Assembly (NCBI RefSeq): GCF_018350175.1
Contig: NC_058368.1
Coordinates: 132,434,001 to 132,498,000 of the forward strand
Direction: 5' to 3'
From: Felis catus
Lineage: Eukaryota
Length of the DNA: 64,000 nucleotides
Positions 1 to 12,034 of this stretch are shown here, piece after piece (within the stretch, counting starts at the first letter, position 1; every line of letters starts with the position of its first letter). A program made the position numbers and the translations under genes. The notes beneath the pieces were generated by a model. The model saw only the letters and a program-made list of their open reading frames with translations. It was not told the origin of the DNA and ran no database searches.

Positions 1-129
1 GGATATTATAAACAAATATGGATAAGCAATGACTTTTTCAAATATAGTTTCCAAAATTCACACTAACATTAAAATATTACATAATTGTCATAAATCATAA
101 TGTATTAACTCTTTACATTATATAGGAGA

Positions 130-320
130 AGTGTTACTGTGTTGTGTAAAGCACAAAGGCTTTGAGTCCTGGCTTGACTCCAAGTTACTTAACCTCTCTG
201 GATCTATTTCCTCATCAATAAAGCCATGATAATGGTATCTACTTTACAAAGACTTGTGAAGAGATTAAATTAGATTACACATGATATAAACTGTCCACAC
301 ACTTCCCTTTAATGGCTAAA
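130..320 (+). mobile_element. MIR (ancient SINE) fragment
   Basis: MIR core-like text 'aagttacttaacctctctg...tttcctcatc...ataatggtatctact...gtgaagagattaaat'; boundaries approximate. Confidence 0.7.
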
Positions 321-2971
321 TAAATATTAGCCCCCTCTCCTCCCTATCTGACTCATCACTTTTCAAAGGCCTTCCTTCAAATATAGTTTCATGTTCCTCT
401 TTCCCACCAATGTGTGGAATACTTAAATATAATGACAGAAATCAATCAATTCTATTGTATTGTCTTTTAGAGCAAATAATAAAGAATTTAGGTCATGATA
501 ACTGGGCTTACAAATATTTTAAATTTGAAAACTTCCGTTTTACTTTGATTTCACATATGTTCTTTTCCCTAACACAAATGTACCAGCCAATAAAGTTAAG
601 GGATCACTTACCTGCTTCCACAGATCAAAGCTATACCAGCTAAGTAGAAATCAGATCAGACAACTTGCTCTACAGTGACTCCTTTAGTAGTCTCCCTAGT
701 TGAAGGGTACTTACTTGTCTTTTTCCTCTATCATCTTTGCTTCCTACTCAAGGGATCTGGGAATAGCCAAGGTAATAATTTCCTCTCATGAACTATTATT
801 ATGGAGCTAAAGAACATGTACAACATCCTACGCAACTTCTTTCATCCATTTTAACTCTGGTTGTTTATTTTAAGGCTGATTTGGTCTTCACAGAGGAACC
901 AACAATACTATGCTCCCTTCGCATATTTAACTTTTATATGTGAAAATTAACTTCTCATCTGCCATTTATTCTCTCAACAAACATTTAGTGTTATCTACTC
1001 AATGCCAAGGATACTGCTAAGCTGTAAGTACAAAGGTTCCCAGATCATTTATAAACTTTGTGAGATTAGTTTCCAAAAGTATAATTAAACACACTCAAAA
1101 CTTACCTATCAAGAAAAGCAAATGCGCCAAAAGCAAAAACACAAAACATCATTCTACAAAAATCAAGCCCTAAATCACATATAGTCCCAAACTGTTTTTT
1201 TTCCAGATGGAAAGTTAAATATATATTATCTGTATTATAACTTTTCTCCTGAAAAATAGAAACACTTTTTCTTCTGAGGCTATTACAAAATGTTAATAAT
1301 CAAGTGTCTTTTTGGTAGAGCCAAGAGAGCTATCCACCTTTTCCACCTTTTCTTCTTACCCCAAGAAGGTGCTATTAACTTTCTTAATATGTTAGCTGTC
1401 TTTATTTTCTCATAAAAGTCATATACAGGGTAGGATTTGGCATAGAGGTCCATCTTAAACCACTAGTAGCTACTAGTGGTTGCTAAGGAAATGAAGAGGA
1501 AGTGGTAAGAGTAGACAAGAGTAGAAATTAATCTTAAACATAGTGGCCCAGACACGAAGAGTATTAAAATATTTCAAGTCTTGAGGTTAGAGGTTTTTCC
1601 CCTTGAGTATCACCAAAATATTAATACCACAAAGAGAGATTTCATTTGCTGCCATTTGTGGCAGATGAATGAATTTGATTTGTTTGAAATCAAGTTATTT
1701 CCCTCTATATGCTATTCTACAAAAATACAAAACACCAATGATCATTTTTAAGCATGAAATTAATATAAACCAGAAATGTAGTTACCACTTTGGTGAGACA
1801 CAGGAAAACAATTATTTCCAAAATTAATTTTCTCAATTTCCTTCAACTACACCAGTTTTATGTTACATTTCTTTCCGTCATGAATTTAGAAAACTGTCAT
1901 TCGTACATTTTGGTCTAATCAACATAAGCTACAAACAGAAAGAAAGAAACAAAAGAAAAAAAAAGGGAAAAAAAACGAAAATCAGCACAAGAAATTTGAA
2001 TATAAAAGAAAATATTGAAAATCACACTCCACTGTCCTTTTAAAAGTTCCTAGCAATGGTTCAGTTTCCCCTTTCCTTGTCCATTCTGCACCCCCATCCC
2101 ACTTCACCCAGACAGAGGGTAACAGTCTGAGCTGCCCTGGTTGAGTTGATCCTAAAGTTAACATTCAGCAGCCCATTTCCAGACAGCAGCGCTAAATCTA
2201 TTTGGATAAAACGCGTGTGACCCAGACAGTTGGCATTTGGCCCAAACGCGTTGCACCGGCAGCTCAAATAAAAACAAGAGTAAGAAACTCACTCTCTTGT
2301 TCCTTCTCAGTGCGCTTTTTCACTCTCTTTGCCTCTAGTACAACAAGGAAAGAAATTACCAAAGACAGGAATTGTAGTACACATTATCAAAAGGCACCTT
2401 TCCAAAAACCCCTCCAGCACTCCAACTGCATCCCCCAAATCCCTGAACTTTGATCCCATATACCATATAGACAGACATACCCAGATATTCAAGGCTCCGG
2501 AGGATTATGAGTCTAGCACGACGTCCCAAGTGGCCAAAAGTAAATCAAAAACACACGCTTCCATCTCTTTGATTAGCCTATTAAAAGCTTAACATATCCT
2601 AGAGCATCGGGGCTATAGCTAGCACATTAATTCTGCTCTCTGAGCCCAGGCATAAAATATGCACTTGTCTGACTGCTTAAGACACTGACATGAAACTATA
2701 AAATGCAGAAGGTTTTTCTTAGAAATCAGTTTAAAATACACATCATTATTACTTTCCCAATCACTATTTGGTGATTAGTTAAAAGACCACGATCATCATA
2801 GTCAAGTCATATTTCACAAAACATGTCTATCCATACAATAAACGTGTATTTTTGGCATCATAAAATACTTGCAAGACCCAGAATTCTCCAACTCCCGACT
2901 AGTCTGGAGTTAAAAAGATTTCTATCTGTAAAATGAGTTCAGTCAAGCTCACTCATTGCCATTAAAAACAG

Positions 2972-2984
2972 ACACACACGCACA

Positions 2985-3032
<48 letters not shown>
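2972..3032. repeat. (CA)n microsatellite
   Basis: About 30 CA units with two interruptions, read directly. Confidence 0.97.
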
Positions 3033-3036
<4 letters not shown>

Positions 3037-3133
3037 AAGTTTTCTACGCGCTATTCGGAAGACAAGCAAAGCACAAGTTTTAATTAAAAAAAAAAAAAAA
3101 CGGTTTCATTGAATATTGTTAAGTCTTCCTTAC

Positions 3134-3710
3134 CGTTTTCATCTTCAAATTCTGATAAAAAGTAAGTTTCAAACAATAGAGATTGCACTGGACGACTCAC
3201 GTACTCTCTCTGCTTTCTTTTTTTTTTTTTTTTTTCTGCCCCCCTTTGCAAAGCCACAGCAGTCAGTTACTTATTCTGCAGCCAGAATAAAACCCTATAG
3301 TCTGGCTAACCCGGGCTTTAGAGAACGGACTTTCCGATTTGGCAATAAAAGAGATGCCATCAACACATCCAGGCTATCATCCTGAGATGCTGCCTTTGCA
3401 AACCCCCTTTCTCTCTCGACCCCCCCCCTCCAAAAAAAGGAAAGGAAAAAAAGAAAGGAAGGAAGGGGGAAAAAAGGCTTATTGGGGGTGGAAGTGGTGC
3501 CCTCTCTTCCTGGACAGCTTAGTGCCTTTGCTATGCAAATAACATGTGAAGAGCATCAAAAGGTATCAAGAGAAAAGAAGACAAGAGGAGCAGGAAGGGC
3601 AGCAAAGTTTTGTTGAAGTAGCCCTAGATCTCACTACCGGCCCCCAGCCAACTTGAATTGCAGCAGGAGAAAATTTTGGCAGCTTTTCCTCGGAGGCAGA
3701 GCACACTGAC
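3134..3710 (-). other. ADAMTS6: Putative non-coding first exon (5' UTR) of ADAMTS6
   Basis: Minus-strand donor AAACG|GTAAGG at 3134/3133 just downstream of a CpG-containing promoter-like segment. Gene name comes from recalled mammalian order ADAMTS6(-), CENPK(-), PPWD1(+). TSS position is a guess and no coding sequence is in the window. Confidence 0.55.
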
Positions 3711-3800
3711 GTCAGTCTGCAGATGTGCCGGGCTGCGTCGGGTGCGCATGTGTCCTGGGTCGTCACGTGGAGGGGGAGGGGAGGTAGAGGTACAATCGGG
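3700..3800 (-). promoter_or_regulatory. Core promoter candidate with full CRE, E-box and NRF1-like motif
   Basis: TGACGTCA at 3707-3714 within palindrome ACTGACGTCAGT (3705-3716); TGCGCATG at 3743-3750; GTCACGTG at 3762-3769; local CpG cluster and G-tracts. Confidence 0.65.
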
Positions 3801-4889
3801 GTAACCAACTACCAGCCATTCAGAAGGGCTTAGACAATGTCAACTTTTCCACCCTGTGAATGAGAGAAATTCTGGCCCTTCTAAACTCAGTCCCCTACCC
3901 CACTCCGCCTCTTTTTCTTCCTCCTCCTCTTTTAAGAAATTCTAGCCTGGTTTGTGACTAGTTGTTTCTTGGAAAAAGGAAGGGGGAGGGAGAGGATGAA
4001 TGACTTTAGATGAATTAGTGTCACTGTTAAGTTCTCTGGTTGCCTTCTCCGTGAATTTTTTTTAACTGCACACAACAAAAATATTAAAAGTTGCACATGA
4101 GTGTCTTTGAGGAAACTTACAGCACACTTAGATCAGTGGCAGATTTCAAAACTCAATAGCTACATGTGCATAAAATGCCTGTTTTTTCAATATACCTCAA
4201 CAAGTAAAACTGCCACCAACAGGGAGAGTGGACTAAAGTAAACTAAGACCAGCACATTTTCCATCTGATTACCGACTTCAGGTTATGTGGGGCTTTAAAA
4301 GAAGAAAAAAAAAGTGGGGGAGGAGGGAGCGGGGGAAAAGAGAGAAGCTTGCATTATTTCCAGATGAGGGTGAGACTGGATGGTGTTTTAAAGTGCAACC
4401 GGGGAAAGCTACAAGTGGAGTGTATTTTTTTAAGTCGGTACATTGAATGAAATCTCAATGACTGCCCAAATGAAAATAAATCCAAAGTCAGACCCCCAAA
4501 AAAAGGGGGAAAAAAAACCAGGAACCCGGCTGCGATCTCAAGATAAACAAACAAAACCTCAAAACTGGTTCTTCAAGCTTCCCAATCCCACCCTCCCGCC
4601 CACCCCCACACCACCCTCCACACCAGCTGCCAGTCCATACTTTAAGGGAGAAAACTCCACTACAACGTAGCACTTTCACTTTCATTTGCTGGGAGAAAGC
4701 CACTGGCATTAAACTGTGGGGGAAATGCCCAAATATGTTTTCCATGTCCTAAGCAAGCAAACAAAGTCTGGCACACAAATCGGAAACAGGAAAAAATGTG
4801 AAAATAGCTCAGGACAAATGCTGCCTTTCAGCGGTGTAATCTGCTGCATCATTTATCTGTCTCTATGGTTGGGGTAGGGAGAGGTTTAA

Positions 4890-5050
4890 GAGTTTCCGAG
4901 GCTGGAGGGGGCGGGGGGGGGGCGGTGGGCGGGGGAGCGGGGTATTGACGCCTTGAAATTCCAGTCGGTAGTTACCGCCAAGTCAATTTCCGATGGCCAG
5001 AACCAGAAAGGGGAATTGGACCGGAGGGAAGGGGGTGGGGAGGAGGACCT
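4890..5050. promoter_or_regulatory. Second GC/CpG-rich patch with GC boxes and G-quadruplex-forming tracts
   Basis: Several GGGCGG boxes and five G-runs of 3 or more at 4907-4942; CpGs retained in otherwise AT-rich DNA. Confidence 0.5.
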
Positions 5051-5480
5051 TTCTGAATACCCGCTCTTAAGTTTCAAGCTTCTGCTAACATTATTGCTCA
5101 TTTGACATTTTTTTTCTTCCTACACCGGAGGTAGTAGGTGTAATTCTTCTGGTGAATACATGAATAGTTGGCTAAAAGAAGGCATGAATCAGACTGAGAA
5201 CGTCCAAGAATACAGTTATTTCCATTCTTTTTCTGAGGGTTGAAAGGGGAAAGCATCTGTCCACAGTCAATAGTCCTCATCTTGACCTTAATCAGTAGTA
5301 TTTGGCTCAATGCCATTGAAAATGTAGAAATACATTCTGTGCTTGGCATTGACAGTTTTAAATAATGAGGATTCATATGGAGATAGATAGATGATAGAAG
5401 ATTGATAGATAGATGTATTTGCATTAAAATACATGGATGACTAATCTCCTAGCAATAATTGTAAACACAAAAAATAAAAA

Positions 5481-5832
5481 GAGTGGGCACAGAGCTGTTT
5501 TTGCATGAAACTAACTTTTAAATAGTTGTGAACCTAAACGTTAATAAAAACAAAAAACAAAACAAAAAACTGGTATTAGATACAACCAGCACAGGAAACT
5601 AAAGTTAAGGTGTGAGTAGTATTATCTCTAGAAGTTATCTGGAAAGTTTTTCCTCTCAACTAAGAGTGGGCACAGAGCTGTTTTTGCCTGAAACTACCTT
5701 TTAAATAGTTATGAACCGAAACCTTAAAAATAAAAAAATAGGTATTAGATACAGCCAGCACAGGAAACTAAAGTTAATGTGTGAGTAGTATTATCTCTAC
5801 AAGTTATCTGGAAAGTTTTTGCTCTCAACTAA
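5481..5832. repeat. Diverged tandem duplication (183 bp + 169 bp)
   Basis: Units 5481-5663 and 5664-5832 both run 'gagtgggcacagagctgtttttgc...ctctcaactaa'; the length difference lies in an internal A-rich tract. Confidence 0.97.
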
Positions 5833-8831
5833 GACAAACTGCCCTAAAAGCATCAACCTTGTAAAGGAAAGGAGCATATTCATTGAGAAGTGGACATTGG
5901 CTAATTACTTATTCAAACAGTGCCATCCTGCGTCTAAAAAGAGTAATGAAAAATTTCCAACAGATCCCTTTTCTCCTCCAAATGACTAAGAAAAATATGA
6001 GTAAGGAAGAAAAATTATTAGCATGAGCAATGAAGTGTCAGTTTAACTTTATATGTGTGTCCAGATGTATGTACATTTTAACTGCATTAAAGAAAATTCA
6101 AACATACATATAAGTAGAGCAATATATAATGAACCCCAAATTGTACATAATCCAGTTTTAAAAACTGTCAACACATGACCAATTGTTTCCCATTACTTGC
6201 TCCATCCCACTGGATTATCTTGAAGCCAATCCCAGATAACATTTCACTGCATCCATTAAATATTTCTAAATAAAGTTGTACTTCTAAAATATAAGGACAA
6301 AAAATAAATAACCACTACTATACCACACTTACTCTTAAAACATTAATAATTCCTTAATTTCAGCAAATATCAGATGACCTCCCTCAACTGCAAATAAACG
6401 CTTAAAAATGCTGTATTGAAATCAGGATCCACATATTACATTAAGTTAATCTCTCTTTTGTCTCTTTTTTAAAAACTTTTTACTGAAGTAGAATATTCAC
6501 ACAGAAAAGTACATACATATATAAATTGATGAAAAATGTTAAGTCTAGGGGAACCTGGGTAGCTCAGTCAGTTAAGCATCTGACTCTTGGTGTTGGCTCA
6601 GGTCAGGAGCTCACGATTCCAAAAAAGGAATAAACAGAAAATTGAGAGAGGAAGGTAATTTGTATGTATGTATGGATAGATGGATGGATGGATGCACACC
6701 ATGTATGTATATATGTATTTTAGAGACTGAAAAATAGGAGCAAAGGCAGAAGAGTTTGAGAGCCCAAGAATAGAGACCGAGAAACTTTTAGAGGTAAGAA
6801 CAGACTTTTAACTTACAATTTTTAATGTCTTAGCATGTAAATTAGATTTAATTTTTTTACTTAGTAACCAAGGAATTTGTTTTTCTAAATGTTTATTAAT
6901 TATTTTTGAGAGAGAGACAGAGTGTGAGCAAGGGACAGGCAGAGAGAGAGGGAGACACAGAATTTGAAGCAGGCTCCATGCTCCCAGCTGTCAGCACAGA
7001 GAGGGATGCGAGCTCAAACCATGAACTGTGAGGTCATGACCTGAGCCAAAGTTTGATTAACTGACTGAAACACCCAGGTGCCCCTCTTTTTTTTTTTTTA
7101 AGTTTGTTTATTGATTTATGTATTTTGAGAGAGAGAGAGCATGTGCAGGCATGCACATGCACACAAGTCGGGGAGGGACAGAGAGAGAGAGGGACAGAGA
7201 GAGAAAGAATCACAAGCAAGCTCTGCGCTGTGTGGGCAGAGCCCGACTCCAGCCTTGATCTCACAAATAGTGAGATCATCACCTGAGCTGAAATCAAGAG
7301 TCAGACGTTTAACCAACTGAGCCAGCCAGGTCTCCAAAACGAAGGCATTTCTTAAAATTAGACTGTTTGCTTGTATTTTCAGAAAAATGAGATGAATTCT
7401 GATTTTATGCTTGCTTGGAATTACTAAATTGAATTAAATCTACAAAAATGTCAACATGAATAAATTATATAACTGGAAGTTGAAATGCTTCAATGGGGTA
7501 TGTTGATCCAAATTGGGATAAGATGTACATAATATTGTGCAATTTATATAAACTTAATAGTACAACAAATATATATGTCAGACTTACAAAAGCATTCATG
7601 GGAAGAACATAGAGTATCTTGAACATCATAATTAACCTGGGGGAGAAAGAAAAGAACAAAATTAAGGAGCACAAAGTGGCATCAACTAAATCTATAAAAT
7701 TTTATTTGAAAAATAAAACAATTGGAATTATCATAAAACGTTAATGTCGGCTAATTCAATGTATTGAGTGTATGTGAATCTCTATTATCTATTATTTTAA
7801 TCTCTGTATTGTGGGAATAATTCACAATTTTACAAAAAGAAAGAAAGATTACTGTTATTTGTTATTACAATTAATCTGGCAATTTCTGAAACTCAGAGGC
7901 AAAACAGCTTTAACTACTTATTATTTACTTATTTACTTTTTTATTAGCATATGGGAGCAATAGCAGAAAGAAAAAAACAGATTGAAAAGAGTGAGTATAA
8001 TCAATGGTTTATAACCATACTATACAATATCTAATATTCAAAAAAGAGAAGATGAAGCTAAAGTATATTACTGAGATAAAAATAAAAACCCCAATATGCT
8101 AATAAGTGCCACTCTTTACCATTGTGCAGAAGGCTAAGAAGTAACAAAATATAAGGTTCCTTTCCTCAATAAATTCATAAATTGGGAAACAATATGAAAG
8201 TGTGATAAGGGAAAATGCAATACACTACATAATTTAGTGACATAAATGATAGAGCTTCAAATGATAGAGAACTCAGTAAAGTCCACCTAAGGATTTTTCT
8301 GACATCCATGTTGCCATTCTGGTGGTCAGTTTTGTGGTTCTTGAACTCCCAGCAACATTCAATTGAATCAATCACTCCCAACTTCTGGAAATACTGTACT
8401 TTTCTAGTTTTTCTATGACTGCATAGTCCTTTCTCCTCCTCTTCCCAGTTACTAAATAGTAAAATGCCCAGGAGTCAGTCCCGATACCCATTCTATTCTT
8501 TATCAACTGATTTTTCCTTTGATTAATGTATGCTTTTCCTTGACTTTAAAGACCATCTATACGCCAATGACTCTGAGAGCTAAATGTCTACTTGGCTGTG
8601 TCTTATAAGGCAGTATAAACTTCTTGTGATATACAGAATTAGACATGTTCGTCTGTCTTTTCCATGCAGCAAATGGAACCACAATTCACCAAGTCTCTAG
8701 CCAGTATGTTTTTTTCAGTCCACTTTTCAATTTTCTTAACATGTATTCTTCATATAATGTGCCAAGCTTTAGTGGAAGAAATAGGGAGAAGTGTGTCTAT
8801 TTCATCTTAGCTGGAAACTAGAGTTCCTCTC

Positions 8832-9424
8832 TGCTATAGTCTGAATCTTTGTGTCACCCTCAAAATTCACAAGTTGAAATCCTAATGCCTAATGTGATGA
8901 TATTAGGAGGTAGAACTTTTGGGAGATGCTTAAGTCAGGAGGGTAGAATCCTCATAAATAGAATTAGTGTTCTTTTTTTTTTTTTTTAATTTTTTTTTTC
9001 AACGTTTATTTATTCTTGGGACAGAGAGAGACAGAGCTTGAACGGGGGAGGGTCAGAGAGAGAGGGAGACACAGAATCGGAAGCAGGCTCCAGGCTCCGA
9101 GCCATCAGCCCAGAGCCTGATGCGGGGCTCGAACTCCCGGACCGCGAGATCGTGACCTGGCTGAAGTCGGACGCCTAACCGACTGCGCCACCCAAGCGCC
9201 CCGAATTAGTGTTCTTATAAAAGAGACCTTACAGAGATCCCTCCCCCTTCCACCATGTAAGGACATAGTGAGAAGGCACTAAGAGTAAGAAAGAAGACCC
9301 TCACCTGACCATGCTGCCACCCTGATAGCAGATTTCCAGCCTCTAGAACTGTGCCAAAGGAATTTCTGTTGTTTATAAGTGCCCAATTTGTGGTATTTTG
9401 TTACAGAGCCTGAATGGATTCAGA
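8832..9424 (+). mobile_element. MaLR (MLT1-type) solo LTR interrupted by a SINE
   Basis: 'tgctatagtctgaatc...aaaattcac.agttgaaatcctaa...ttccagcctctagaactgtg...aatttctgttgtttataag...gtggtattttgttacag'. Confidence 0.85.
8975..9202 (-). mobile_element. Young feline CanSINE with perfect TSD
   Basis: CpG-rich intact body; TSD gaattagtgttctt at 8961-8974 and 9203-9216. Confidence 0.95.
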
Positions 9425-12034
9425 TTCTATCTCCTTTATGGTCAAAATATTTATTCTCTATTGTGAAGTGTCTGTTAACTTTTTTTACCAGGATAATTTT
9501 TAACTGGGATGAATGTCTTCTATTTATTGATTTTGGGGGTACACTATATATTTCAGATTTAAGTCCTTTATTGGATATAGATAGTATAAATATCTTTCCC
9601 CATTCTATGGATTACCTTCTAACCCTTTAAAGGAAGACAGAGTTTGTAGATAGAAATTCCTAATTCTAAGATAGTCTATTTTAACTTTTTTTCTTTGATT
9701 TTTAGGACTCTTTGTATGCTCTTAGAGAGATTTTTGACTACTTGCTTCACTTTTTTTCTTTGAAAAAAGCAAACATAGTTTCTTTATAACATGCAATTGT
9801 CCTGAAGCAAAAACAGCCCTTTGTCTTACTGCCACTCGACAATAAGAATACATAGCATGGGGGTGCTTGGGTGGGTCAGTCGGTTAAGCATCTGGCTCTT
9901 GGTTTCGGCTCGGGTCATGATCTCACAGTTTATGAGCTAGAGCCCCGCACTGGGCTCTCTGCTAACAGTGTGGAGGCTGCTTGGAATTCTGTGTCCATGC
10001 CCCGCTCTCACTCTCTCTCTCTCTCTCTGCTTTCTCTCAAAACAAATAAACTTAAAAAAAAAAAATACATATACATGCTCCAGTCAAAATGAACACTTTA
10101 CACCCTAAAATAAGAGGGAAATCCAACTCTGTCTTCAAAAAACCTTAAGTATCTTTGCATAAATTAACTTTCTACCAAAAGTTCATTCCTTACTTCTGAT
10201 TCCTAAAGATACATCACAACTTATGTGCATATAGTATATGGTAACAATGTGGAAAAACTGCTATTCTTCCCACCATGAACATGCTAATACAAACTTGGTA
10301 CCTTGTAGGGATTTTTCCTTTAGACATAGGTTGTATTTATTGTTTGATTAACCAGATGTTCTGAAGTAGAAATCCTTGCAACATCTTTTCCAGAAACAAT
10401 TTCTTTCTACATGTCTTCCTTTCATTAGCTGATATTAAATAAAGTTATGTGGTTCTTTTATCCCCCATCCTCCGAAGTTAACTTCTCTTCTTGAAGTATA
10501 TCTGCTACGAGTTTTTTTAGGGAGAGTAGGCAGTAGGAAAGGTTTTTAGTTTTTATGTCAGAAAATTTGTTTTTTCCTCATTCTTGAATAATAGTTTAGC
10601 TTATTATGGAATTCTAGGCTGATGACCTTTTTACCCCCCTCAGCCTCACCATCTGTTGTTGCAGACGAAAGATATAATTGCTATTTCTATCTTACTAAAC
10701 TATCTTTTCTCTTTAGTACCTTTAGTATTCTCTTCCTCCTTGATGTTTTGCAAACGATTTCATGCTGTGGTTTTACCTCTATTTATCTTGCACAGAATTC
10801 AGTGAGCATCTTTTTCTGAGCGCTTCTGTTGTTCTGCATACTGAAGATTTTTCAGCTATTATGTACTCAAGTATTACGTATTCAGCATTCTCTCTATTCT
10901 TTAAGAAGGTTTATGTTGGTGGAGTTCCTCAGTTTGTCCTCTATATCTCTTATTTGCTCTTCATAATTTTAATCTTTTTATCTTTATGGATGAATTCTTT
11001 AAATTATCTTTCAATTTATTAAATCAATCTCTGACTCAATCCAGTTAAGAGTTTATCTCAGTTATAGAATTATATTTAAATTATATTAATGAGGTATGGG
11101 ACTTTGTAATTAATTCCTTTTCATAGCCAAATGTTCTTTCATTTGTTCCTATTTTTGTGTTATAATTTCTAGCTTTTTTTAGATGAGAAATTTCTCAAAC
11201 AACCTCAAAATACACATTTTAAAGTCTTCATCAGATTGTTCCATAAAATTAATTTCACTGAGAGTCAATGTTTCATTGTTGGATGTTGCTACTAGCTAGG
11301 ATACCTTCAGTTTCAAGTAACATAAAAAATCTGTCTCAACTTACTTAAACCAGAAGGAGAATTTATTATCTTATATATCATGTTCCCTAGCAAAGCACCT
11401 CTAGGGTCAACTAATTCACTGGCTCAATAACATTATCAGAATTTGTTCTTTCTCTTTTGTGACTCTGCCATACTAAATACGCCAGATTTGTCCATGGCAG
11501 CTCTACTTATGGTTACAAAATGGCTAAACAGTTCCAGATGTTCCATGCGGACCCAGTAACATCCACCAGAAGAAGTCATCTCCTCCTGTATATTTTTTTA
11601 ATCAGTAAAAAAAAAATATATCTATCCCAAAAGTTCCTCAGAAGACATATATATTAAGTCAATATTGCACCAAATGTATTCTTAAATAAATCACTAAGAA
11701 GGGGATACAGACAACCATGCTTGGTTTAGCTAAATACATGGCTCTGTAGACAAGAGTGGATTACCCAAACAAAATTTAGTTCCCTTAGAAAGTAGGAAGA
11801 TTCAAAAAACAAAATCTGTTGCTCTGGCTCTTTGCATTAAATTCCTTCATTTATTTAACATTTTTGTTTGATTGGTCATTTTACTAGGAAAACTGTTATG
11901 TTTATGGTTTGTTATTTTTATTCTTTTCCTCACCCTCTACTTTGACCCCCTTTTACCTAGGAGTTTTAAAATTGCTTTAGTCTCTCCCATCCCCAAGTCC
12001 ATAAGCAGTTATTATGGTGTTTTAGCATCACCAT

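Noticed and set aside
1641..1696. Two adjacent imperfect stem-loops
   Set aside because: Stems of only 6-7 bp in AT-rich DNA are expected by chance and are too short for a pre-miRNA.
8130..8320. Strong plus-strand acceptor (ctctttaccattgtgcag) possibly extending the exon chain
   Set aside because: Several stops in the expected frame and no clear donor, so I could not define an exon.
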